Shown here: in pieces, positions 30,320 through 40,610 of the stretch
Position numbering within the stretch: position 1 is the first letter of the stretch
Layout of the letters: the number at the start of each line of letters is the position of its first letter
Assembly: GCA_963663235.2 (NCBI GenBank)
Contig: CAXXNO010000005.1
Span: 96,001-160,000, forward strand
DNA from: Dehalococcoidia bacterium
GTDB taxonomy: Bacteria; Chloroflexota; Dehalococcoidia; Bin125
Length of the DNA: 64,000 nt
Reading direction: 5' to 3'
Made by a program: the position numbers and the translations under genes
The notes under the pieces: generated by a model
The model's input: the letters and a program-made list of their open reading frames with translations, nothing else
What the model was told of the DNA's origin: nothing
Databases searched by the model: none

Positions 30320-31750
30320 GTGAGCATGGCCACGTACCAAGAGGTCCCCACAGTCAAGGCGATCGCGGACGGCCTCGCCAAGGGTGAGTTCTCCAGCCGC
30401 GAGATTACCGAACGCTGCCTCCGGCAGATCGAGACCACGGACGGCGTCATCAAGGCCTTTAATCTGGTCACCACCGATGTGGCCTTGAAAGCGGCGGACG
30501 CCTCCGACGAGCGACGCCGAAACGGCCGCCCGCTCGGTCCGCTCGACGGCGTCCCCTACGCCGCCAAGGACCTGGTCGAGACCGCGGGGATCGAGACCAC
30601 GGGATCCTCCAAGGTGCTCGCGGGCAACGTCCCCACTCGCGACGCCTCCACGGTGGAGCGCTTGAACGCGGCCGGGGCGGTCCTCATCGGCAAGACCAAC
30701 ACCCACCAGTTCGCCTACGGCGTGCAGACGCCCCCTACGCGCAACCCCTGGGACATGGAGCTGGCCCGCGTCCCCGGCGGTTCCAGCGGCGGCACCGGCG
30801 CGGCCGTCGCCACGACGCAGATCCCGCTCGGCCTCGGCACGGACACGGGCGGCTCCATCCGCATCCCCGCCTGCCTCAACGGGATCACCGGACTGAAGGC
30901 CACCTTCGGACGCATCCCCAAGGACGGCGTTTTCGTCTTGTCGTATTCCCGCGACAACATCGGGCCTATGTGCTGGACCGCCGAGGATGCCGCGCTGACC
31001 CTCAACGTGCTCGCCGGCCGCGACGCGCGCGACCCCAACTCGTCCGCCCGGCCGACGGAGGATTACACGGCCGCTCTCGCCACTGGCGTCATGGGGCTGC
31101 GGATCGCGGTCCCCACCAATTACTTCGTGAGCCACTATCCGGCCGTCACCGCTGCCTTCCGCGCCGCCGCAGAGCAACTGCGGGCGTTGGGCGCCGATCT
31201 CTTTGAGGTCACCGTCCCGCAGAGCGTCGCGCAGGCCCCACCGGCGGGTTTCATCGTCACCTTGGCGGAATCGGCGGCCTGGCACGGCCCCCGCTTGCGA
31301 CGCCAGGGGCAGGACTATGGCGACGACGTACGCCGCAATCTCCAACTGGCCGAGCTGGTCCTCGCCACGGATTACATCAACGCGAAGCGCTTCCGCTCGC
31401 GCTTCATCGCGGACATGCGCCAGCACTGGCGCGATGAGCGGATCGACGTCATGATCACGCCCACTATCGCCGTGACGGCCGCGCGGCACGGACAGATGGA
31501 GTACGAGGCGCCCGACGGGTTCTCGGAGACGCTCATGGCCGCTTCGACCCGCTGCACGTCGCCCTTCAACCTCACGGGCCAGCCGGCTCTGACGGTCCCG
31601 TGCGGCTTCGACGAGAAAGGCCTTCCCGTCGGCTTGCAGATCGTTGCCCGGCCCTGGGAGGAGGCGCTGGTCCTGCGGGTGGGCCACGCCTACCAGCAGG
31701 CGACCGACTGGCACGCGCGGCGACCGGACCTGGCCGCGCCCGACGCCTGA
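30320..31750 (+). CDS. Amidase signature family protein
   Basis: GPLDGVPYAAKD, GKTN, PGGSSGG, GTDTGGSIRIPA motifs; no gatB/gatC nearby. Confidence 0.92.
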   Translation: MSMATYQEVPTVKAIADGLAKGEFSSREITERCLRQIETTDGVIKAFNLVTTDVALKAADASDERRRNGRPLGPLDGVPYAAKDLVETAGIETTGSSKVLAGNVPTRDASTVERLNAAGAVLIGKTNTHQFAYGVQTPPTRNPWDMELARVPGGSSGGTGAAVATTQIPLGLGTDTGGSIRIPACLNGITGLKATFGRIPKDGVFVLSYSRDNIGPMCWTAEDAALTLNVLAGRDARDPNSSARPTEDYTAALATGVMGLRIAVPTNYFVSHYPAVTAAFRAAAEQLRALGADLFEVTVPQSVAQAPPAGFIVTLAESAAWHGPRLRRQGQDYGDDVRRNLQLAELVLATDYINAKRFRSRFIADMRQHWRDERIDVMITPTIAVTAARHGQMEYEAPDGFSETLMAASTRCTSPFNLTGQPALTVPCGFDEKGLPVGLQIVARPWEEALVLRVGHAYQQATDWHARRPDLAAPDA

Positions 31751-32202
31751 GCCGCCCGCCGCCCCAGCCGTCAGATCCGGCAGATGGGTCGGAACTCCCC
31801 CCGCGAATGAGCCGTCCGTACCTGCGCACGCTTGCTGCACTCCGCCACAGTGTCGGGGAGCGCTAATCGACGCGCTCGGATGCGGAGGACTCAGATGTTG
31901 CAGCAGCCTCGATTCCCAGACACCCTTCGATTTCCGGACACTGGAGCCACGTCCCCCCACGCGGCCGGGAGTAACGGCGGCGGCGGAGAGACGTCCATGC
32001 GCGTGATCGTCACTGTGCCCGTTCCCAGCGCCGGGGAGATCGTCCAGGTGCGCCTCGTCCGCAGCGGGCAACGAACGGCTGCCTGAGACGCGGACTGCCG
32101 CTCTGGTCGCATGGCGGCGGTCCCGCCCGCCCTTCGCAATCGGAGGCACGCGGGCCGGTCACGATCGATAGGCGCTGCACACCTGGCTCGCTCGTCCCAC
32201 GC

Positions 32203-33231
32203 TCACGCGAGCCGCTGCCATTCCCCCTGCGGCTCGATCCGTTTCGCCGCCGGGATGACCTCTCGCCCCACGCGCTCCACCAGCTCCAGGTACTCGCTCA
32301 GCGTGCCCGAACGCACGTGCATCAGAAAGACCACCAGCGAGTAGCCTGCGGCGGCATAGCCTTGAAGATCTTCCAGGATCTGCTCCGCGGTCCCGGCGCA
32401 GTTGGCGCGCGGCTTCATCCGCGCCGGCTCGTCGTCCGCATCCGTCGGCAGCGCGGTGACGGCCACCAACATGGCGAACTGCGAGAGATCCTTCCCGGCC
32501 TGCTCTGCTTCTCGCCGGATCTCATCCTGCAGCGGCGCCAGACGATGGGGATCCTCATGCTGTTCCACGAGGATCGGGTAGAAGCCGTCGCAATGCCGCG
32601 CCGCTCGGCGCGCGCCCGCCTTCGATACGCCGCCGTAGTAGATCGGCGGGCGCGGCCGCTGGATCGGCTTGGGGTCCATGCTCAGGTTCGCGAAGTTGTA
32701 ATGCTGCCCGTCGTAGCTCACCGCGTCGTCTTCCCAGGCGCGCTTGTAGATCTCGATGCACTCCTCCGTCATCGCTCCGCGCTCTTCGATCGATATCCCC
32801 AGCGCTTCGTACTCCTCTTTCTGCCAGCCCGCGCCGACGCCGAACAGGAGTCGGCCGTTGGAAGCGACGTCGATCGTCGCAAACTGACGCGCATCGCTGA
32901 GCGGATGGCGGTACGGCGCAATGAGCACGGACGATCCCAGCTTCACGCGCTGCGTGTGGGACGCCACCATGCCCATCGTCACGGCGCAGTCCAGCATGGT
33001 GTGGCGCGGTTCGTAGGCGCGCCTCCCCGACACGTTCGCCGGATGGTCGCTGATCGTTGTCAAGGGGATCGTGACGTGGTCCGGGAACCAGAGCGAGTGG
33101 TACCCCAGCCCCTCCGCCAGCTGCGCAACCTTTACCGGCTGCATCTCTTGGGCCGGGATGCTGCGCAGGACGGCCTCCTTCCCGTCCCGCGTGTTGAACC
33201 CGTGGGTATTCATATACAGGCCAATTTCCAT
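32203..33231 (-). CDS. LLM class oxidoreductase, probably F420-dependent
   Basis: MNTHG, SLWFPDHV, SNGRLLFGVGAGW motifs; paralog of 19123..20154. Confidence 0.88.
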   Translation of the reverse strand: MEIGLYMNTHGFNTRDGKEAVLRSIPAQEMQPVKVAQLAEGLGYHSLWFPDHVTIPLTTISDHPANVSGRRAYEPRHTMLDCAVTMGMVASHTQRVKLGSSVLIAPYRHPLSDARQFATIDVASNGRLLFGVGAGWQKEEYEALGISIEERGAMTEECIEIYKRAWEDDAVSYDGQHYNFANLSMDPKPIQRPRPPIYYGGVSKAGARRAARHCDGFYPILVEQHEDPHRLAPLQDEIRREAEQAGKDLSQFAMLVAVTALPTDADDEPARMKPRANCAGTAEQILEDLQGYAAAGYSLVVFLMHVRSGTLSEYLELVERVGREVIPAAKRIEPQGEWQRLA

Positions 33232-33460
33232 CAGCAGACCTTTCTGTCGTCCACACCGCATGCCTGCGCGGCCGCGGCCCGCGCGCTTCGATGTCGGCGG
33301 CAAAGCCTACCCCTTCGAGCAGGGCCGAGTCACCTCCCGGCCGCCGGCCGCGCCCTCTGCGACGCTGCCCGCTCCTCCCGGCGCGGGGGCCGGGGGCCGC
33401 CCGTCTGCGCTACCGTGATCCCGACGCCGACGGATCGCAGGACAACGGAGACAGAGCCCA

Positions 33461-33916
33461 ATGAGCGCATTCGCCATACTCGGCACCAACCACACCGGCA
33501 TCACGGTTTCCAGCTTGGACCGCGCCGTCGCCTTCTACCAGGACGTCCTCGGCTTCGAAGTGCGCGATAGAGCGCCGCGCGATCCCGCCTTTATCGAGCG
33601 CGTCGTCGGCGTCCAGGGCGCGGACGTGGAGATCGCCTACGTCACGGCGCCCGGCCACACGCTGGAGCTCATCGAATACCGCGGCCCCGCTGACCGCACG
33701 ACGGTCCGCGCCCGCCCCTGCGACGCCGGCGCTACCCATGTCGCTTTCAACGTCGATGATGTGGATGCCGTCGTCGTCGCCGTGGAGGCTGCCGGCTGGA
33801 CGGCGGTGAGCGACCCCATCCTCGTGACCGCCGGGCCAAACCGGGGCGCACGCGTGGTCTACACGCGGGACCCGGACGGCGTCACGCTGGAGTTCATCCA
33901 GCCACCCCCGCGCTGA
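33461..33916 (+). CDS. VOC family protein
   Basis: NHTGITVSSLDRAVAFY, HVAFNVDD, RDPDG.TLEF motifs. Confidence 0.9.
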   Translation: MSAFAILGTNHTGITVSSLDRAVAFYQDVLGFEVRDRAPRDPAFIERVVGVQGADVEIAYVTAPGHTLELIEYRGPADRTTVRARPCDAGATHVAFNVDDVDAVVVAVEAAGWTAVSDPILVTAGPNRGARVVYTRDPDGVTLEFIQPPPR

Positions 33917-33940
33917 GCCCACCGCTCGGAGCGGCCGGGG

Positions 33941-34882
33941 TCAGACGACGTTCTCCAGCGGCAGCCCGCGGCGCAGTCGCTCGACATTCTCGGCGACCGC
34001 TCCGGCCATGAGGTCATACGAGTAGTCCGTCACTCCGGCGACGTGTGGCGACGCCACCACGTTCTGCTCCAGGATCGGGTCCGCCGGGTCGACCGGTTCG
34101 CGCCAGTACACGTCCAGCCCCGCCCCGGCGATACGGCCTTCCCGCAGGGCCCACAACAGGCCGTCGTAATCCACCACCGGCCCGCGCGACACGTTGATCA
34201 GGTACGCGCTGCGCTGCATCCGCTCCAGCTCCTCTTTCCCGATGAGGCCGCGCGTTGCGTCGTCCAGGGGCAGCGCGATGATCACGAAGTCGGCCGCCTC
34301 CAGCGCCCGGCTCAGATCTCCGGGGCCGCCCAGGAAATCGATGCCCATCGACGCGGCATCCGCGCTCGTGGGGTCGCGCTTGATCCCCGACACCTCCATG
34401 CCCAGCGCCTTGAGCCGCGTCGCGATCGCGTTCCCCAGGTTGCCGAGCCCCAGGATCGTCGCCCGTTTGCCGGAGAGCGTGGTGCCCAGCGGCGTTCCCA
34501 GACGCCGCTGGGCCAAGGATTCCGCCTGGGCCGGGCGCTGCCGGGCCAGCGCGAGCATGAGAAACAGCGTCCACTCCGCCACGGCGATGGCATTGCCCGT
34601 GTCCCGGCTGGGCACGCGCGCCACGGCGATCCCGCGCCGCTGGGCGGCGGCGATGTCCACGCCGTCCAGACCCACGCCGAACTGGTGGATCAACCGCAGC
34701 TTCTGGCCTTTCTCGAGACGCGGCGCGTCCAGCATGGCCATCAATGGAATCGCCACGTCCACGTCGCTGATGCGATCGCCGATCGCCGCCTCGGGGCAGT
34801 GCAGGATCTCGTCGTCCGGCAGGTGGCGCCGCAGCGCTTCCCGCGCGTGCTCGAATGTGGTGTCGCAAAAGAGGATCCTCAC
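33941..34882 (-). CDS. D-2-hydroxyacid dehydrogenase family protein
   Basis: GVGLDGVD, GLGNLG, INVSRG, GLDV..EP, SPHVAG motifs. Confidence 0.92.
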   Translation of the reverse strand: MRILFCDTTFEHAREALRRHLPDDEILHCPEAAIGDRISDVDVAIPLMAMLDAPRLEKGQKLRLIHQFGVGLDGVDIAAAQRRGIAVARVPSRDTGNAIAVAEWTLFLMLALARQRPAQAESLAQRRLGTPLGTTLSGKRATILGLGNLGNAIATRLKALGMEVSGIKRDPTSADAASMGIDFLGGPGDLSRALEAADFVIIALPLDDATRGLIGKEELERMQRSAYLINVSRGPVVDYDGLLWALREGRIAGAGLDVYWREPVDPADPILEQNVVASPHVAGVTDYSYDLMAGAVAENVERLRRGLPLENVV

Positions 34883-34950
34883 AGCCTACCCCCTTCAGGG
34901 ACGGCGCAACGCGATCGTGCCCCCGGCGCCGCCCACGCGATCTGCCGGGC

Positions 34951-36057
34951 CTATGCGATTAGCATGACGCCCGCGACTGCCAGGATCGTGCCCACGGCCA
35001 CCCAGATCGTGATCCGATCGCGCAGGAACACCGCCCCGAGCAGTAGCCCAATGATCGGGGACGTCGAGAACAGGACGACCGCTGGCCCTGCGCCCACCTC
35101 CCCCAACGCGACGATAAACAGCAGGCTGCCCACGCCGTACCCCAGCGCTCCGGAAGCGATCAGAATGATCGAGGCCCGACGAGGCAACGTCCGGCGGCGG
35201 AACTGGGACTCTGGCTGCGCCATGGTCGCCAGCAGGAGGAGCGGCGCCCCGCCCCACAGGCGCACCGACCCCGCCGCCGCGGAGTCGAATCCGTCCGCCG
35301 CGCTGCTCAGCCAGACGATACCCCCGCCCCACGCCACCCCGGTAATCACGGCCAGCGCGAATCCCACCCAGAAACCCGGCGTGATCCGGCCGATGAAGGG
35401 AAGTCGCGTCTCCAGGCCGCCCGCCGTGTGCTCGCCTGCTCCACGTCCTGCCGGTTCCCCAAGCCCCCCGGCGCGTCGATTGCCCCCACGAGGCCCCCCA
35501 CGAACCCCCCCACGAAACCGAAGGAGGCTCCACCGCGACCCCATCAGCGGCCCGGGCGCTTGCACGCTGGCTGGATCGCTCGCCCGCCCGGCGGGCGGGT
35601 CACACGCTGCCGTCCCGGCCGCTTGCGGCGCCCGACCGTAGAGCGCGACCAGGTACACGCCTGCGATTACCAGCAGCGACCCGACGGCGATCTGCCAGGT
35701 CACCGTCTCGCCCAGCAGGACCGCTGCCAGGAGGAATGCGAACACGTACTCCAGGCCCATCACAGTGGGAAAGGCTCGCGTCAAGCCGATCGTCGCGATG
35801 GACGCTGTGTAGAGGCTCTCGCCCACCACCAGCAGCAGAATGCCCGTCCCCATGAGTTGCAGCAGGTCGCTGGCGCTCATCCGCCCCACGTCGCTCGCCG
35901 CTCCCAACGCGAAGATCGCGACCGCAAAGAAGCCCACCGCCCCAATCGTGCGCAGCGCGCTCGCGGACAGCGTGTCCGTCCGCGACACCTGCGACGCGAA
36001 CAGCGTGCTGGCCACCGCCCAGGCGAGCGCGGAGCCGAGCGCCGCTACGATGCCCAT
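34951..36057 (-). CDS. DMT/EamA family transporter with long central linker
   Basis: Two five-helix hydrophobic EamA repeats ending LGETVT and LRDRIT. Confidence 0.85.
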   Translation of the reverse strand: MGIVAALGSALAWAVASTLFASQVSRTDTLSASALRTIGAVGFFAVAIFALGAASDVGRMSASDLLQLMGTGILLLVVGESLYTASIATIGLTRAFPTVMGLEYVFAFLLAAVLLGETVTWQIAVGSLLVIAGVYLVALYGRAPQAAGTAACDPPAGRASDPASVQAPGPLMGSRWSLLRFRGGVRGGPRGGNRRAGGLGEPAGRGAGEHTAGGLETRLPFIGRITPGFWVGFALAVITGVAWGGGIVWLSSAADGFDSAAAGSVRLWGGAPLLLLATMAQPESQFRRRTLPRRASIILIASGALGYGVGSLLFIVALGEVGAGPAVVLFSTSPIIGLLLGAVFLRDRITIWVAVGTILAVAGVMLIA

Positions 36058-36313
36058 CCCTGCTCCTTTACCCTCGCGTGTCTCATGAAGGTGTACGTCG
36101 GCCGACGCAGAAGGTCACGGCCGGCGCCGCCCTCTATGCCGTGCGACGGTACTCGATGCCGCGCGCTCGGCGGCCTGAACCGCTCGCCCGGGCGAAGCCG
36201 CCCGCCCCCGGGTCGTCGCGATCCGGGGGCGGCTCCCGGCCCCGTCCGCCGCCGGACGCGCCGCACCGCGCCTCGCCCGATCGGTATCATGCGGACAGCC
36301 GGAGCGACGAATC

Positions 36314-36955
36314 GTGCAGATAGAGATCCGCCCCGCCGCCGCCACCGATATTCCAGTGCTGGAGCGCCGCTGCTGGCGTGGGGGCGAGGAGGAAATGCGC
36401 CGCCGGATCAGCGACCAGGGCGCTTGCTCCATCATCGCCCTGGACGGCGCGCGTCCGGTCGGCCAGCTTTACGTTCGCGCCTATCAGCCGGGCTTCCGCT
36501 CACCGGAGGGCTTGCACGACGGCTCTTGGTGGGCGGACCTCTCCGGCGTGGAGGACCGGGCGGAGCTGCCGCCTCGCACGGCCATGCTCGGCTGCTGGCA
36601 TGTCGGTTGGGTGCTGGAGACGGACGGCGAGCGGCGCGAGGCGCCGGAGTATCGCGGGCGGGGCATCGGCATCGCTCTGCTCCGCGGCGCCATCGACTGG
36701 CTCCGATCGGACGCCGCCCCCTTCGACGCGATCGCCGCCAAAGCCGCCGCGAGCGAGGAACGCCCCTACCTGGAGTGGCTCGGCGGGCTGCCGCTTGCCA
36801 TCTATGCTTCGTTGGGATTCGCCACTCTCGCCACCTACGACGATCCCTATCTGCTGGCCGAGCCCACCGCCGTGCCCGCGGAAGCCATGGTCACGCACCC
36901 CGCTCGCTTCCACCTCGTACGGCTCTCCCTTCCGCCTGCCCCCCCGGATCGGTAG
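36314..36955 (+). CDS. GNAT family acetyltransferase
   Basis: IEIRPA N-terminus; PEYRGRGIGIALL motif A; IYASLGF. Confidence 0.8.
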   Translation: MQIEIRPAAATDIPVLERRCWRGGEEEMRRRISDQGACSIIALDGARPVGQLYVRAYQPGFRSPEGLHDGSWWADLSGVEDRAELPPRTAMLGCWHVGWVLETDGERREAPEYRGRGIGIALLRGAIDWLRSDAAPFDAIAAKAAASEERPYLEWLGGLPLAIYASLGFATLATYDDPYLLAEPTAVPAEAMVTHPARFHLVRLSLPPAPPDR

Positions 36956-37029
36956 ACGCCCCCGCGCTCGATCGGCGTGCCACATCGCCCCTCCTCGGTC
37001 GATGCGCGCTCCTCATCTCGCGGCGGCCG

Positions 37030-39777
37030 TCAGCCATCCTCCCGGGCGCGACCGCGCGAGATCTCTTCCTCCTTGGGAGACTTGATCACCCAATCGATGA
37101 TCTCGCGCCAGTAGCGCTTGATCACATACTGGCCGGCGATCGCAAAGATGATGGCCGGGATCACAATCGCCCACTCATCGCCATCTACGGGCTGGAAATC
37201 GAAGAGTTCCCGGAACCACTCCGTGTACAAGATCAGCATGAACATCCCCAAGAGCAACAGGCCGAAGAGCGTCACGATGATCGGGCGCAGCGGTTTGCGC
37301 AATTTCGCGCCCTCAAATCCCACGATCTCGACCATGAAGACCAGGCCCACGATTCCGATCGTCAGCGAAACCAGCGTCCGCGCATCATCGATCGACCGAT
37401 CCAGGAACCCTCGCGTTAGAAGATGGACGGAGGCCGTCGCGGCCGCGAGCGCCAGCGACGCCGGCAGCGCGAACCGCAGGACGTTCGTGGTGAAGTTCTC
37501 GCTCGCGGAGAGCGGAGATCGCGTCACGGCGATGAAAATCGCGGGAATCCCCAGCGTGATCACGGCGGTCAGACCCCCCTGGCGCGGCAGGAACGGGAAC
37601 TCCAGACCGAGGAAATTCGTCGCCACGATGATGAAGTACGCGTAGAAACTCTTGGTGATGTACAGCTTGCTCAGCTGCGAGCTGTTCCCCAACACCGACT
37701 GCGCGATCGCGGCGCCGCGCACGAATGCTTGAAACGAGTCACGCCGCAGGATGATGCCCGCTACCCCTCGCGCCGTGTTGGTCCCGGACTCCATCGCTAT
37801 GGCCACGTCGGCGGCGCGCAGCGCGCGGACGTCGTTGGCGCCGTCTCCCACCATCGCCACAAAGTGCCGTCCATCGCGCAGCGCAGTGACGATCCGCGCC
37901 TTCTGCTGCGGCCCGATCCGGCCGAAGATGCTGTTCTCCTCCACGGCCTGCGCGAACGCCTCGTCATCCAGGGCGTCCAGCTCGCGACCGGAGATCACGC
38001 CCCCTCGCAGATCCAGGTTCAGCTGCCGGACCAGCGCGGTCACCGTCTGCGGGTTGTCCCCGCTGATGATCTTGGGCTCGATCTCCAGCTCCGCCATCTT
38101 CTCAAACGCGCTGGTGATCTCGGGCCGGAGCACATCCGACACCGTGATCAAGGCCACGGCTCGCAGGTGGGTGAGACCTCCGTCCGGGTCGGGCAGGGCC
38201 TCCGCTTCGGCGAAGACCACGCTGCGCAGCCCCTGCGCGGCGGCCTCATCCTGAGCCGCGCTCAGCTCCTCACCGTTGCCGCAATGCGGCAGCACCGTCT
38301 CCGGCGCTCCCAGCACGAACGATCGTCGGGTGGCGCTCCGGGTCAGCTCCAGCGCGCTCCAGCGCCGGTCGGAGCTGAACGGCACGTTGCCCGTGGGGTG
38401 CGCGCCGTTCGTCGACTCCGCCAGCTTCACGGCCAGCGCACGCGCCGTTGGGCTCTCTTCCTGCGTCGCCGCCGTGAACGCTCCCAACCATGGCAGGTCC
38501 TGCTCCGCCTCGCGCGTCCAGTGCACACCGTCAAGGACCAGTTGGTTGGCGGTGATCGTGCCCGTCTTGTCCAGGCAGACCACGTCCACGTAGTTCAAGG
38601 CCTCCACGGCTCCGATGTCCTGCACCACGGCGCCGGCGCGGCTCAGCCGGACCGCCCCCACCGCGAACGCCACCGTCATCGCCAGCAGAAGCCCTTCCGG
38701 GACGATTGTCGTGATGGTGGCGGCCGTGTCGGTGATGGCGTCGCCAAGGCTATCGTCCGCCACAGCGGAGGAGATGAGCAGCAACACGCCCAACACGCCG
38801 GTTGCGATCAGCATGACGCGCAGGATGCGCCGAAAACGGATCTGCAGCGGCGTGTCCCGTCGCACACGCTCACGGGCGTCTCCCGTCAGTCGCTGCGCAT
38901 AGGCCTGCATCCCGACCCGTTCCGCGTTGTAGTGGCAGTGTCCGCCTGTGCAGAAGCTCCCGGACAACATCTCGTCGCCCGTCTCTTTCCGGATCGACGC
39001 GGACTCCCCCGTCAACAACGATTCATCGATCTCCACGGCGCCGGCGACCACACGCCCGTCGGCGACCACCTGGTCGCCACGCATCAGGTGGAGCAGATCG
39101 CCCTGCACCACCTCCTGCGATAGCACCTCCGACTCTCGCCCCTCGCGGACCACCCGGGCACGCGGCGCCGTCAGCGCGACAAGCTCCCGCAGCGTGCGCG
39201 CCGCCCGGATCTCTTGAAACGTCCCGATCGCCACGTTCGCCGCCACAACGATCCCGACAAAGATGCCGTCTTGGAACTTCCCGAAGTCTTGCTCCACGGC
39301 GCCAACGATGAACAGCATGACGATCAGCGTTCCCAGGACGCCGTTGAAGAACGTCAGCGTGTTCTCTCGGATGATGTCGCCGTTGGTCCGCGGGCGGGAA
39401 CTGTCCACGTTGGCCAGGCCTTCGGCGCCGCGCTGCGCCGCAACGGCGCTGGTGAGGCCGGTAAGATCGGCCGCCGGCGTCGCCCTCACCGGAGGGCGCA
39501 CCGGCTCGACGACGGAGGCCGTCGCCTCGCGCTCGGCCACGCCCGCCTCGGCCGGTTCCACGGCATCCGCTGCGCCCTCGGTGTCTCGCACCACCGGGGT
39601 CCGCTCTTGCGGCGCTTCGTCCGCGTGAGTGCGCGCGCCGCTCGTGTCCGGCGGCCCCGTGGATTCGGTGCGCTCTGCGGACCCGGGCGCCCGCTCGCGC
39701 GGCCGGAGGGGTGGCTGCCCCTCCTCGAGCGCCGCAAGATCGAATTCCTGGTCGTTCTGGTTGTCTTGGTCGTCCAC
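37030..39777 (-). CDS. Cation-translocating P-type ATPase (CtpE-like)
   Basis: DESLLTGES, VPEGL, DKTGT, ISGDN, MVGDGAND motifs; GTG 39777 preceded by TAGACT (possible leaderless start). Confidence 0.92.
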   Translation of the reverse strand: MDDQDNQNDQEFDLAALEEGQPPLRPRERAPGSAERTESTGPPDTSGARTHADEAPQERTPVVRDTEGAADAVEPAEAGVAEREATASVVEPVRPPVRATPAADLTGLTSAVAAQRGAEGLANVDSSRPRTNGDIIRENTLTFFNGVLGTLIVMLFIVGAVEQDFGKFQDGIFVGIVVAANVAIGTFQEIRAARTLRELVALTAPRARVVREGRESEVLSQEVVQGDLLHLMRGDQVVADGRVVAGAVEIDESLLTGESASIRKETGDEMLSGSFCTGGHCHYNAERVGMQAYAQRLTGDARERVRRDTPLQIRFRRILRVMLIATGVLGVLLLISSAVADDSLGDAITDTAATITTIVPEGLLLAMTVAFAVGAVRLSRAGAVVQDIGAVEALNYVDVVCLDKTGTITANQLVLDGVHWTREAEQDLPWLGAFTAATQEESPTARALAVKLAESTNGAHPTGNVPFSSDRRWSALELTRSATRRSFVLGAPETVLPHCGNGEELSAAQDEAAAQGLRSVVFAEAEALPDPDGGLTHLRAVALITVSDVLRPEITSAFEKMAELEIEPKIISGDNPQTVTALVRQLNLDLRGGVISGRELDALDDEAFAQAVEENSIFGRIGPQQKARIVTALRDGRHFVAMVGDGANDVRALRAADVAIAMESGTNTARGVAGIILRRDSFQAFVRGAAIAQSVLGNSSQLSKLYITKSFYAYFIIVATNFLGLEFPFLPRQGGLTAVITLGIPAIFIAVTRSPLSASENFTTNVLRFALPASLALAAATASVHLLTRGFLDRSIDDARTLVSLTIGIVGLVFMVEIVGFEGAKLRKPLRPIIVTLFGLLLLGMFMLILYTEWFRELFDFQPVDGDEWAIVIPAIIFAIAGQYVIKRYWREIIDWVIKSPKEEEISRGRAREDG

Positions 39778-40099
39778 GCAAAGCAGTCTATCGTGCGCCC
39801 CGCCGCTCTTTCGCGTCAGGCGCGCCGTGCTGGCGGCTGGCGGCGCCGGCGGCGGTTGCGATGGCGCTGTCCCGTCGACGCGGGCGGATCGCTGCCACTT
39901 TTGGCCGGATGCTTCCGCTCTGATGCGGACTCGACGGCGGCGTGCGGCGCTCCTCGCGCTCGCCGATCTGATGAGCGACGCCAAGCGCGTGCGGGTGACA
40001 GCCTACGGCCCCAGCGCGTCCGCCGGGGAAGCCACGGTGATGCAGAAGCTCCTGGACCGCCGCCGGCGACGGTAGACGCAGCCCGCCAAGCGCGTCGTC

Positions 40100-40582
40100 T
40101 TAGGACGCGCTCGGCTCCCCCTCCGGCTGGATCAGCAGATGACTGATCACGCCCTTCACCTCGTGCACTGCTCGGATCCGCTGAATGATGTCGGTGGCTT
40201 CGGCTTCGCTTTGCGCTGATCCAAATACGTGAATCACGCCTTCCGCCGCCGTGAGGTTGATGTGTGAGAGCTCCTGGGGGGAATGCCGAAAGGCCGTGCT
40301 GCGCACCTTGTCCACCAGCGTGCCTTCTTCGTCCGGCAGCGGCGGCTCCTCCGAAAGGTGTGTGCGCACGGCGGCGTCGTGGATCACGTCCTTCACGTGG
40401 CCGCGCTCGTACCGCGCGCGCTGCTGCACCGTATGCTGAACTTGCCGCGATCGATGCGCCAGTTGCTCCCGCGTGCGAACCCGCCGTTCCCTTCCGCTGC
40501 GGGGATCCAAGAGGGTCATCAGCGCGGCGCCGCTGAGAGCCCCGGCCGCGAAAACAGTGCCGTAGCGCAATAGTGCCGGCAT
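40100..40582 (-). CDS. Membrane-anchored BON domain protein
   Basis: N-terminal GAALM.LLDPRSGRERR; C-terminal INLTAAEGVIHVFG..VKGVISHL. Confidence 0.7.
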   Translation of the reverse strand: MPALLRYGTVFAAGALSGAALMTLLDPRSGRERRVRTREQLAHRSRQVQHTVQQRARYERGHVKDVIHDAAVRTHLSEEPPLPDEEGTLVDKVRSTAFRHSPQELSHINLTAAEGVIHVFGSAQSEAEATDIIQRIRAVHEVKGVISHLLIQPEGEPSAS

Positions 40583-40610
40583 CTTCAGATCCTTTTCCGC
40601 CCGGATGCCC

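Noticed and set aside
30320-31750. gatA
   Set aside because: Amidase signature only; no gatB/gatC adjacent
31997-32086. 29-aa ORF MRVIVTVPVPSAGEIVQVRLVRSGQRTAA with GGAG upstream
   Set aside because: Too short and no recognisable homology; cannot be supported without a search
39778-39984. N-terminal extension of the P-type ATPase in the ORF track
   Set aside because: Arg/Ala/Pro-rich and non-protein-like; TAGACT just before GTG 39777 suggests the later start
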